Virus record (IMG/VR): IMGVR_UViG_3300043473_000195
Span: 1 to 49,448 of that record
DNA from: a virus
Taxonomy: Duplodnaviria; Caudoviricetes
DNA length: 49,448 nt
Reading direction: 5' to 3' (one strand)
The position numbers were made by a program, and so were the translations under genes. Below the pieces are notes generated by a model, which was not told the origin of the DNA, did not search any database, and worked only from the letters and a program-made list of their open reading frames with translations. Of this stretch, positions 1 to 7,072 are shown in pieces (positions within the stretch are counted from its first letter, which is position 1; each line of letters opens with the position of its first letter).

Positions 1-24
1 AGCCATGCGTGTTAGTAAGTTCAT
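1..24 (-). CDS. 5' part of a small leftward ORF (MNLLTRMA...) running off the left edge; joins in frame to 49299..49448 if circular
   Basis: ATG at 24-22 preceded by AAAGGTGA RBS on the minus strand; 8 codons to the edge. Confidence 0.45.
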
Positions 25-69
25 AGATCACCTTTGGTTTGTAGTTGACGTTGAGTTGTCAGTCAAGAG

Positions 70-84
70 TTTCCCAGTGGGAAA
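70..84. promoter_or_regulatory. palindrome A (TTTCCCASTGGGAAA), copy 1
   Basis: exact 15-bp inverted repeat upstream of the leftward ORF starting at 24. Confidence 0.75.
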
Positions 85-165
85 AGAACCCTCGTCAGTG
101 CCGTTCACAACGGCAGAGAGGGAAGTACCATCACTGGTAAATCCCCCTTTCGGGTTGTCGCGCGA

Positions 166-447
166 TCACCACTTGATCGAGGTGACCACCGCGTGCAGTT
201 CGATCTCGGCCTCGGCCAAGACTTTCTTGGGCGGCAGGGCGAAGCCACCCGGCGGGATCGACAGGTTGGACGCCGCCGATGCGGCCAGCATCGAAGCGGG
301 CAGGTGGCGGTTGCTTATCGTGCGAAGCGGGCGGTTGGCCTGCCTGCGCTGATACCATCCCATCGCGTGCCACATGACAAACGCAAGGAGGCAGGCGCTG
401 AGGACCACGAGGAAGAACAGTTCGACGTCGAGTTTGAACGAGCCCAT
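166..447 (-). CDS. hypothetical membrane protein
   Basis: AAGGAGA RBS; N-terminal hydrophobic segment LFFLVVLSACLLAFVMW. Confidence 0.65.
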   Translation of the reverse strand: MGSFKLDVELFFLVVLSACLLAFVMWHAMGWYQRRQANRPLRTISNRHLPASMLAASAASNLSIPPGGFALPPKKVLAEAEIELHAVVTSIKW

Positions 448-520
448 GATGGGTCTCCTTTATGTTGACTACGGGGCTATGCCCCTGCGTTGACGATCTT
501 ACTTGACAGTGAGTACGCAC

Positions 521-551
521 GAAGAAGGGGCGACCTTTCGGTCGCCCCCTT
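521..551 (-). terminator. intrinsic terminator-like hairpin after 573..1391
   Basis: stem GGGGCGACC/GGTCGCCCC, 4-nt loop, followed by TTCTTC on the minus strand. Confidence 0.55.
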
Positions 552-566
552 TACCGGTGCTGGTAA
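551..566. repeat. palindrome B (TTACC-N6-GGTAA)
   Basis: TTACCGGTGCTGGTAA, intergenic. Confidence 0.85.
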
Positions 567-572
567 GCGGAA

Positions 573-1391
573 CTACTTGCGCTTGACCTTGCCCTTGTTG
601 CTGGCCTTGGCCTGCAGCTTGGCCTCCTTCTCCTTCATCTTCTCGTTGGCGAGACGCTGGGCGGAGGTGCCCCCCAGTTCGGTGATGCGCGCGTTCAGCG
701 AGCCGAAGGCGGCACGCGAGTGCGGGTTCCAACCCACCTTGTCGCACACCACCTTGATGCGGTTGGCGCAGGCCTGCAGCAGGTCCGCCTCGTCCTTCTC
801 GTCGCGCTCGACCGGCGACAGCAGGACCAAGATCTCCGCGTCGGAGTAGGGCACCTGCGGACGCTTGGACTGGGCGCGGGCGACCTTCAGCACGAGGGCA
901 TCGCTCTCGCCACGCATGGTCTTGTCGCCCTTCATGACCTTCATCGTGCGGTTGAGCACGTCGAAGCCGTTGATGTGCGGCAGCTGGACCACATGCACGA
1001 TGCGCTTGGCCTCGCTGATGCGGACGCCCCGGTCCTTGCCGTTGGTGTCCTTGGGCGGACGCGGCATCGCCGCGTTGCGCTTGGCACGAGCGCTGACCAG
1101 CCGGTCGTAGCCCGCCGCGATGTCGTCTTTGGTGACTTCGAAGCCGTCACCCATCTTGCGCGAGGCGCGCTCGGCAAGATCCATGATCCAGCCGAGACGG
1201 GAGGTGTCGCCAGCCCCCATGTCCTTGCCGAACTGCTCGCAGGCATCGAACCACGCGTCGAGCGGCGCCTGAGAGTTCGCCCCGATCCCGTTGTTGGGGT
1301 TGGGACCGGGTTGCGGATTGGTTGCCGCAGGTGCCGGGGCAGGCCCCGGTAGAGGCGTCGGCAACGGTGTCGGTGTCGCTATACCACTCAT
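573..1391 (-). CDS. hypothetical early protein, Pro-rich N-terminus, Lys-rich C-terminus
   Basis: start MSGIATP with AGGAG RBS; GC3-rich codon usage; no family recognised. Confidence 0.8.
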   Translation of the reverse strand: MSGIATPTPLPTPLPGPAPAPAATNPQPGPNPNNGIGANSQAPLDAWFDACEQFGKDMGAGDTSRLGWIMDLAERASRKMGDGFEVTKDDIAAGYDRLVSARAKRNAAMPRPPKDTNGKDRGVRISEAKRIVHVVQLPHINGFDVLNRTMKVMKGDKTMRGESDALVLKVARAQSKRPQVPYSDAEILVLLSPVERDEKDEADLLQACANRIKVVCDKVGWNPHSRAAFGSLNARITELGGTSAQRLANEKMKEKEAKLQAKASNKGKVKRK

Positions 1392-1412
1392 ACTCTTGTC
1401 TCCTGTGTTTCT

Positions 1413-1427
1413 TTTCCCAGTGGGAAA
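1413..1427. promoter_or_regulatory. palindrome A, copy 2
   Basis: TTTCCCAGTGGGAAA immediately upstream of the RBS of 573..1391. Confidence 0.75.
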
Positions 1428-1495
1428 ACGTCTACTGCCCTGATGGTTGACCACTTCGAAGCGGGCGGGTTCGAAGCGTTCTTATCGTGCGCGCC

Positions 1496-1511
1496 TTACC
1501 AGCGCAGGTAA
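1496..1511. repeat. palindrome B
   Basis: TTACCAGCGCAGGTAA, intergenic. Confidence 0.85.
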
Positions 1512-1526
1512 AGGCGGCACGCAAGT

Positions 1527-1751
1527 TCAGTGATCCGACCAAAACACTCTGCGCTTGATCTTCCATCCGGGCTCAACACGGTCGAGCCAGCGGGCAAGGT
1601 TGTTGAGCTTACCAGTGTCGAATGGGTCAGCAAGAGCGAGCATGGCGCAGTGGCTAACCACTATGCTCGGGTGTCGATGTGCATCAAACATCCGCTTGAC
1701 CATGCGCGAGGCAGGCTTGGGAGGACGCGACGTTTGGTTTCTGTTTGACAT
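1527..1751 (-). CDS. hypothetical protein
   Basis: start MSNRNQ after AGGAA RBS; 74 aa. Confidence 0.55.
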   Translation of the reverse strand: MSNRNQTSRPPKPASRMVKRMFDAHRHPSIVVSHCAMLALADPFDTGKLNNLARWLDRVEPGWKIKRRVFWSDH

Positions 1752-1798
1752 TGGGTTCCTACTATCAGTGTGGGTTGGTGGTGTCAAGCGGTTTGTCG

Positions 1799-1813
1799 TT
1801 TCCCAGTGGGAAA
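1799..1813. promoter_or_regulatory. palindrome A, copy 3
   Basis: TTTCCCAGTGGGAAA upstream of 1527..1751. Confidence 0.75.
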
Positions 1814-1863
1814 ATACGTTGGGTAATCCCGTACACTGCACGAGAAATAGGAGAGCGATGTAG

Positions 1864-2350
1864 ACTGGTCGGGGAGGCTAAGTGGTTGGTAGCTTAGGTC
1901 TTATCGGGTTGGCCAACCATGTAGTGATAAGTGATAGCCAAAAAACTAGCCCCCTTTAAGAATATCTCTCTGTCGGGAGGCGGACACTTCCCATCACTTC
2001 AAGTGGGGGGCTTCAGTCAAGAGGAGGGCTCGTTAGCTCCCTAATCTTATACTCTCTCTGGTTTAACAGAGACTATATATTAGATACTAATCCAAGTATC
2101 ATAGAGACTACAATGGGTTAGGTCTCGCGCACCCCCTTTGCCCCTCGTCTGGTCGTTCGTCGTTCGACCGAAAGAACATATGCGCGGCCAAGGCCTTAGC
2201 CCACATTTTGGTTTTATCACTAGCAATTACTTACTTGGAACTTCGTCCCTGCCTCCTGCCTCCCCGACCAATTTCTTATCGTGCAACGCCCTTAACTATA
2301 TCCATTCACCCCCCACTTACCATTAGCTATATCCACTCGCCCCCCACTTG
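1864..2350. other. AT-richer non-coding region (candidate origin, control region or genome end)
   Basis: visibly lower GC than the rest; no convincing ORF; flanked by palindrome A copies. Confidence 0.45.
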
Positions 2351-2355
2351 ACGCT

Positions 2356-2370
2356 TTTCCCACTGGGAAA
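2356..2370. promoter_or_regulatory. palindrome A, copy 4
   Basis: TTTCCCACTGGGAAA, 1 bp from a palindrome B copy. Confidence 0.75.
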
Positions 2371-2371
2371 C

Positions 2372-2387
2372 TTACCTGCGCTGGTAA
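2372..2387. repeat. palindrome B
   Basis: TTACCTGCGCTGGTAA, intergenic. Confidence 0.85.
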
Positions 2388-2436
2388 GCGCGCACAAAAA
2401 TGCGCTCGCCCCCGAAGGAGCGAGCGCGCGGACATG

Positions 2437-2466
2437 AAAAAGCGCGCCGCCCTAGGGCGGCGCGCT
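2437..2466 (-). terminator. intrinsic terminator of 2482..3234
   Basis: GCGCGCCGCC...GGCGGCGCGC stem followed by TTTTT on the minus strand, just after the stop. Confidence 0.75.
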
Positions 2467-2481
2467 TCGCAGTGGGTTGTG

Positions 2482-3234
2482 TTACTTGGCGGCCTTCGCG
2501 GCCTTCGCCTTCGCCTTCGCGGCGGCGGCCTTCGCCTTCGCGGCCTTCGCCTCCGCATCGGCGGCGGCCTTGTCGGCCTTCGCCACTGCGCCAGTGAGTT
2601 CCGCCTTCGCCTCGCTCTTCGCGGCGAGACTGTCCATCGTGCCAACGCTCTTCAGCATGGCGGCGACGTAGTCGCCCGCGATTGCGGGATGATGCTTCGC
2701 GAGCTTTGTCAGCGCATCGCGTGCGCGCGTGAGATACACGCTCGCCTTGCGCGCCGTACCATCCGCATCGCCAGCGCCAGCGCCGCCGGTCTTGGATTTG
2801 TAGGCGGCCTTTACCGCCTTCTCAATCCACGCGTTGTCAGGAAGCGCGGCCTTCTCCGCGTGTATCGCGACCATCTTCGCGACGATGGCCGCGACGTCGC
2901 GATAGGCTGCAGTGAGTGTCCGCAGGAAAGTGTAGGCCTTCAAGCCGCCGACACTGTCGACAGTCGCGATTGCCTTCGCGTGGCTCGCATCGGCGGGCCG
3001 CCACTTCGGGCACTTCTTCTCCGCCACCTTCTTCGGGGCGAGCGGGTTCTTCGCGTGCCATACCTTGGCGCGGATGTCGGCGAGCCGCTGCGAAATTTCT
3101 TTCGCGTGCTCAATCATGTTGGGCTGCGTCGCGAGCCAGTCGTAGAAGCCGAGTATGGAAGAGGGCTTCGCCTCTTCAGCTTCCACGATGGCGAAGCGCT
3201 GCTGCAGTAACTTGTTCGCGTTGATGTTGGCCAT
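2482..3234 (-). CDS. Ala/Lys-rich protein with histone H1-like AK tail, possible DNA binder
   Basis: 250-aa ORF ending KAAKAKAAAAKAKAKAAKAAK; has its own terminator. Confidence 0.75.
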   Translation of the reverse strand: MANINANKLLQQRFAIVEAEEAKPSSILGFYDWLATQPNMIEHAKEISQRLADIRAKVWHAKNPLAPKKVAEKKCPKWRPADASHAKAIATVDSVGGLKAYTFLRTLTAAYRDVAAIVAKMVAIHAEKAALPDNAWIEKAVKAAYKSKTGGAGAGDADGTARKASVYLTRARDALTKLAKHHPAIAGDYVAAMLKSVGTMDSLAAKSEAKAELTGAVAKADKAAADAEAKAAKAKAAAAKAKAKAAKAAK

Positions 3235-3241
3235 GACATTT

Positions 3242-3256
3242 TTTCCCAGTGGGAAA
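3242..3256. promoter_or_regulatory. palindrome A, copy 5
   Basis: lies between a GAGGA motif and the ATG of 2482..3234. Confidence 0.75.
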
Positions 3257-3334
3257 TCCTCTATCAGGAAGCCCTTGATTGGCGCCTTCCTATACTTACT
3301 AAAGCGTCACCACTTAACGCATGGTGCGCGGCCT

Positions 3335-3349
3335 TTTCCCACTGGGAAA
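3335..3349. promoter_or_regulatory. palindrome A, copy 6
   Basis: TTTCCCACTGGGAAA in the divergent intergenic region. Confidence 0.75.
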
Positions 3350-3478
3350 AATTCGGGGCGACGATGGTACGAAGAGACCCCCACCCCCACACCCCATCAT
3401 GGCCAAGGGGGGCGAGGGGGGCAGGTCCGCTCAGGTGCTTCGAAAATCTGGGGTTGGAAAAAACCCCCCTCCCCCCAC

Positions 3479-3507
3479 TTGACACAACCCCATCCATGGT
3501 ATATAAG
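3479..3507 (+). promoter_or_regulatory. sigma70-type promoter, probably leaderless transcript
   Basis: TTGACA (3479-3484), 17 bp, TATAAG (3502-3507); ATG at 3515 is 7 nt downstream with no SD. Confidence 0.7.
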
Positions 3508-3514
3508 GTGCCTA

Positions 3515-4171
3515 ATGACCTCCCCTTCCAAGTACCCCCTCGCGTGGCCGTTCGGCTGGAAGCGCAACCCGTTGGGCGGGCGGCGCACTTCGCCGTTCAA
3601 GTCCGGTCGCAACAAAGTCACCGTCTACGACGCGATCACCCGCCTCGAACGCCAGCTGGACCTCTTGCATGCGACAGATCCTGTCCTGAGTTCCAACCTG
3701 CGGACCGGTTTGCGTGGCGATCCCCTGTCCAACCAGCCCGAGCCGCAGGACAGGGGCGTTGCGGTCTATTTCAAGATGCGGAGCACCGTTCGCAGCCGCG
3801 ACAGCGGCGGAGAGGTGCGGAGCCAAGAACTCGTGGACCGGGTCTTGGCATGCGACGTCTACACCACCACCTCGGGCAATATCGCCGCCATCGCCAACCA
3901 CATCGACGCGCTGCGCCGCATCGAGCGCTACGGGGTCGGAACCCTCGATCAGGCTTTTGCCGGATACGACGCGTTGCCCGCGCCCTCTGCCAACAACCGC
4001 GCGCCGTGGCGCTCGATCTTCGGCATCCATCCGACCGCCAACATCACGCCCGAAGACGTCAACCTCGTCTACCGCGCCCGCGCCAAGAACGTGGCGACCA
4101 ACGAGAGTGCCCTGCTAACCCTCAACCTTGCGCGCGAAGACGCCATGCGCGAACTCGGAGCTTCAAAATGA
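3515..4171 (+). CDS. phage DnaJ-like protein with degenerate C-terminal J domain
   Basis: YPLAWPFGWKR, VLSSNL, GVAVYF, ACDVY, ALRRIERYG, AFAGY motifs typical of phage J-domain proteins; C-terminal helices lack HPD. Confidence 0.75.
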   Translation: MTSPSKYPLAWPFGWKRNPLGGRRTSPFKSGRNKVTVYDAITRLERQLDLLHATDPVLSSNLRTGLRGDPLSNQPEPQDRGVAVYFKMRSTVRSRDSGGEVRSQELVDRVLACDVYTTTSGNIAAIANHIDALRRIERYGVGTLDQAFAGYDALPAPSANNRAPWRSIFGIHPTANITPEDVNLVYRARAKNVATNESALLTLNLAREDAMRELGASK

Positions 4172-4701
4172 TGTACCGCGAGCCCGCCAACATCCCGGCC
4201 AAGCCGGGGATCTATGCCCTCGTGAACCGCAAGCGGCGGTTTGCCTACGTCGCCTACTCGGTGAACCTGCAGAAGCGCTCGCACTCGATGAGCCACATGC
4301 TGCTACAACAAGACGAGGATGCCGACGCCTACTGGCCGATCAAGGATTTGCCAAAGCACGACAGCGACGAGTTCACTTTCGTCGTGCTCCATGTCGACGT
4401 CGATCCCGAGCGTGCCCGTGCCGCCATCGCGGTGGCGACCCGCGCCTTCGTCGCCAAGACCTACCGCGTGATCGACGGCCAGCGCTCGGCCAGCCCGATG
4501 GTTACCGTCGACGGTAAACAGATGAGCCTTGCCGAGGCGGTGCGCGACCATTCAAAGGTCAAGTACCTGACGGCATACCGTCGTTTGGAAAGGGGCTGGA
4601 CCACCAAGCAGGCGTTGGGTCTCGAACCGGCCAGTCCCCGCTGGCACACCGCCAAACAGGATGAACGACGCAAGCGCGCCGAGGCCGGGGTCGTGGCCTA
4701 A
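4168..4701 (+). CDS. GIY-YIG-like protein with C-terminal DNA-binding module
   Basis: PGIYALVN...YVAYSVNLQKR; C-terminal VTVDGKQMSLAEA...YRRLERGW resembles phage endonuclease tails; ATGA coupling. Confidence 0.6.
   Translation: MMYREPANIPAKPGIYALVNRKRRFAYVAYSVNLQKRSHSMSHMLLQQDEDADAYWPIKDLPKHDSDEFTFVVLHVDVDPERARAAIAVATRAFVAKTYRVIDGQRSASPMVTVDGKQMSLAEAVRDHSKVKYLTAYRRLERGWTTKQALGLEPASPRWHTAKQDERRKRAEAGVVA
4502..4517. repeat. palindrome B (intragenic)
   Basis: TTACCGTCGACGGTAA, read as V-T-V-D-G-K. Confidence 0.85.
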
Positions 4702-4753
4702 TTATCGGACCCGCCCTACGGGGGGTCCGCGCGCGACTGAAAGGAGCAAGCAA

Positions 4754-4990
4754 ATGGCTGGAGATATAGGCTGGGCGGTCCAGCGGATGCGGCGTGCCGC
4801 AAAGGTCCGCCGCGAGGGCTGGAACGACAAGGGCATGTGGTTGGGCCTGCAGGTGCCCGACCTCGGCAGCAAGATGACGCTGCCCTACGCCTACCTCACC
4901 ATCCCGCGCTCCGACGGTACCTACAACCTCGTGCCGTGGACCTGTTCCCAGACCGACCTGCTGGCGACCGACTGGGAGGAGGTGCCGTGA
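4754..4990 (+). CDS. tad2: DUF2829 / Tad2-like anti-Thoeris nucleotide sponge
   Basis: AAGGAG RBS; KVRREGWNDKGMW, KMTLPY, VPWTCSQTDLLATDW match the DUF2829 signature. Confidence 0.8.
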   Translation: MAGDIGWAVQRMRRAAKVRREGWNDKGMWLGLQVPDLGSKMTLPYAYLTIPRSDGTYNLVPWTCSQTDLLATDWEEVP

Positions 4991-5238
4991 ACCACGAAGA
5001 ACTGTTCGGTTGGATCCTGCTCGCCAACCTGATGGTGCTGGTCGTGCTGATCACGATTTTTTTGTTCACCGACCGCGCCCACAAAATGGTCGTCCGGTCG
5101 CTCCTCTTCGTGATCTTCAAGGCCTATAAACGGGGGGTCTATTTCCCCCCGTTCGACGCCGCCATCGTCGAACAGGCGGTGAGATTTCTAGGCGGCGCGC
5201 GACCGCCAGCGCGCGACCGAAGGGAGCAAGCCAAATAA
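4987..5238 (+). CDS. hypothetical membrane protein
   Basis: GTGA coupling; hydrophobic LFGWILLANLMVLVVLITIFLF. Confidence 0.6.
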   Translation: MNHEELFGWILLANLMVLVVLITIFLFTDRAHKMVVRSLLFVIFKAYKRGVYFPPFDAAIVEQAVRFLGGARPPARDRREQAK

Positions 5239-5239
5239 C

Positions 5240-5551
5240 ATGGAGAACGGTAAACCTCCCGACCTGCTGAAGTACCGCAAGATGGACTTCGACCGGCTGG
5301 CAAAAATGGAGCATGCCGGTTGGCTTGCTGACTTCGCCAACGTGCTCAAGCTCAACACCCGTGTCGAGGACACGCCGATGCGGCAGGGCACCATCACCCG
5401 GCTGGAGTGGGCGGCGTCTTTTATCACTCAGGTCGTCGCACGGCTCGACCTGAGCCAGAAACGCGTGCAGGAACTCGAACAGGAACTGCGCGATCTGCGT
5501 AAAAACTACACGTCAAATGACAACGTACCCGATGAACCGGAGGGAAGATGA
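5240..5551 (+). CDS. hypothetical protein with C-terminal coiled coil
   Basis: GGGAG RBS; LSQKRVQELEQELRDL heptads. Confidence 0.7.
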   Translation: MENGKPPDLLKYRKMDFDRLAKMEHAGWLADFANVLKLNTRVEDTPMRQGTITRLEWAASFITQVVARLDLSQKRVQELEQELRDLRKNYTSNDNVPDEPEGR

Positions 5552-6087
5552 CTTTCTGTCCAGACCATCCGAGCATCGAGCCCGAAGCGGGCTACGGTCT
5601 GGCGGGCGGCGGTATGGGGCCATACATGTACTGCCCCGAGTGCGGTCGCGTGCTGAGTAAAGTTCAAGACCCTGAAATGGAGGACAAACCAATGACGACG
5701 CCGACCCCCTCTCTCGACGCCACCGAGAAGCGTTCCGCCGACGCCAAGCACCCGCGCATCACCCTCGACTACATGAAGTCCCAGATCAAGACCGTCTACT
5801 ACATCGACGGCGCGACCATCGCAGGTGCTGCTAACCATATCGACTGGCACGTCAAGTCGGCAGCGCCCAACCTGCACGTCCTCACCGTCTGCATGCTCGT
5901 GCTGAAAAACGGCTTCGTGCTGCTCGGCAAGTCCGCGCCCCTCAGCCCCGACAATTTCGACGCCGACAAGGGCCGCACGTTCGCCTACGAGGATGCGCTG
6001 CGTAAGGCGTGGCCCCTCTACGCCTTCCACGAGTTGCAGGCGCGCAACGACAGCAAGGTCGGCCACAACCAAGACATCGACCCGTGA
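5548..6087 (+). CDS. N4 gp49/Sf6 gp66 family (Acb4-like sponge) with N-terminal Cys/His extension; second start at 5692
   Basis: PRITL...LTVCMLVLKNGFVLLGKSAPLSPDNFDADKGRTFAYEDA...WPLYAF; internal GGAGGA RBS before ATG 5692. Confidence 0.75.
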   Translation: MTFCPDHPSIEPEAGYGLAGGGMGPYMYCPECGRVLSKVQDPEMEDKPMTTPTPSLDATEKRSADAKHPRITLDYMKSQIKTVYYIDGATIAGAANHIDWHVKSAAPNLHVLTVCMLVLKNGFVLLGKSAPLSPDNFDADKGRTFAYEDALRKAWPLYAFHELQARNDSKVGHNQDIDP

Positions 6088-6182
6088 GTTGGGGCGAGAT
6101 CATTCTGGCGTGGTGCGTCATCTCGGTCCTGCTCGGCCTGATCATGGCGCGCTGCATCCGCATGATGGGAGACGGCGACTGA
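6084..6182 (+). CDS. 32-aa single-TM peptide
   Basis: MSWGEIILAWCVISVLLGLIMARCIRMMGDGD; coupled by GTGA and TGATG. Confidence 0.5.
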   Translation: MSWGEIILAWCVISVLLGLIMARCIRMMGDGD

Positions 6183-6277
6183 TGCCCAAGCACGAACGCC
6201 AATGGCCCGAGATCGTCCTCGTGACCCTGTTGATCGCGGTCACCATCTACCTGTTCTTCACCTTCGTGCTGTCATGA
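6182..6277 (+). CDS. 31-aa single-TM peptide
   Basis: MPKHERQWPEIVLVTLLIAVTIYLFFTFVLS; translationally coupled. Confidence 0.5.
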   Translation: MPKHERQWPEIVLVTLLIAVTIYLFFTFVLS

Positions 6278-6495
6278 GACTGTTCGGGCGGGTGATCGAC
6301 TGGTGGCGCACCCGCCAGCGCGCCATCGACATGGACATCCTGTGGCCCGAGTGCTGCAGGCAGGCATCCGACCTCGACAGCGCCAAGGCGGCGTTCGCCA
6401 TGCACGCCTTCAACGACCCGGCTTGGACCCATCTCGGCAGCAAGGGGATCTTCATGATCATCGACAGTCTGGAGTGCCCCCATGTCAAGACGTGA
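6274..6495 (+). CDS. hypothetical protein
   Basis: ATGA coupling; MRLFGRVIDWW... Confidence 0.6.
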   Translation: MRLFGRVIDWWRTRQRAIDMDILWPECCRQASDLDSAKAAFAMHAFNDPAWTHLGSKGIFMIIDSLECPHVKT

Positions 6496-6637
6496 GCGCC
6501 GCTACGAATGGCGGCGGATCGGCGGCGACTATCCCAACCCGTTCTGGGACCTGATCTGGTTCCTGTTTCTGCTCGGCGCCGCGTTCGGCCTGACCCTGCT
6601 GCTCGGGCATCTGCTGCAGGCGATGGCGCAGCGATGA
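6482..6637 (+). CDS. small membrane protein
   Basis: GGAG RBS; MSRRERRYEW...FWDLIWFLFLLGAAFGLTLLLG. Confidence 0.5.
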   Translation: MSRRERRYEWRRIGGDYPNPFWDLIWFLFLLGAAFGLTLLLGHLLQAMAQR

Positions 6638-6846
6638 AAAACTGGCCGATCCCCAAGTTCGCCTATGGCGCGCACGTGATCATCCAGCCGCTCGACAAAA
6701 ATGTACCCGGCAGGGTCGTCGACCTGCACTTTTTCGGCATGATCGGCACCATCGAGTACGACGTGCGCTATTTCTTGGACGGCAAGGAGAACAAGGTCCG
6801 TGTTTTCGAGGACGAGATTAAAGAGTTCGACCCCGAAAGGCAGTAG
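6634..6846 (+). CDS. small beta-rich (SH3/KOW-like) hypothetical protein
   Basis: ATGA coupling; PKFAYGAHVII...GRVVD...EYDVRY...FEDEI. Confidence 0.6.
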   Translation: MKNWPIPKFAYGAHVIIQPLDKNVPGRVVDLHFFGMIGTIEYDVRYFLDGKENKVRVFEDEIKEFDPERQ

Positions 6847-7072
6847 TCACCTTTTCGACGGCATGCGGATCGCCGCGATCAAGCATCAGCTGGGCGAGCA
6901 GGCGCTCGCCGAGGCGACCCACATCCAGCACGCCTTCGACCCCGCCAACAACCAGATCGTCATCGCCATCCGTAGAAAATCCGACGGCCACACGCAGGTA
7001 TTTCGGGCCGACGCGGGCCACGGCTTCACCAAGGCGGTCAAGGCGCGGGCGGTCCTGTTCCTCTTGGCCTAG
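6800..7072 (+). CDS. hypothetical protein (start uncertain, may be 6863)
   Basis: fills the gap; its stop overlaps the terL stop at CTAG 7069-7072. Confidence 0.5.
   Translation: MFSRTRLKSSTPKGSSHLFDGMRIAAIKHQLGEQALAEATHIQHAFDPANNQIVIAIRRKSDGHTQVFRADAGHGFTKAVKARAVLFLLA

Noticed and set aside
1864-2350. tRNA or structured ncRNA in the AT-rich gap
   Set aside because: No cloverleaf or recognisable RNA family by eye; an Infernal search would be needed to exclude one.
3155-3514. N-terminal extensions of ORFs 3155..4171 and 3364..4701 in the track
   Set aside because: They run through the divergent promoter region; family-like sequence starts at 3515 and 4168.
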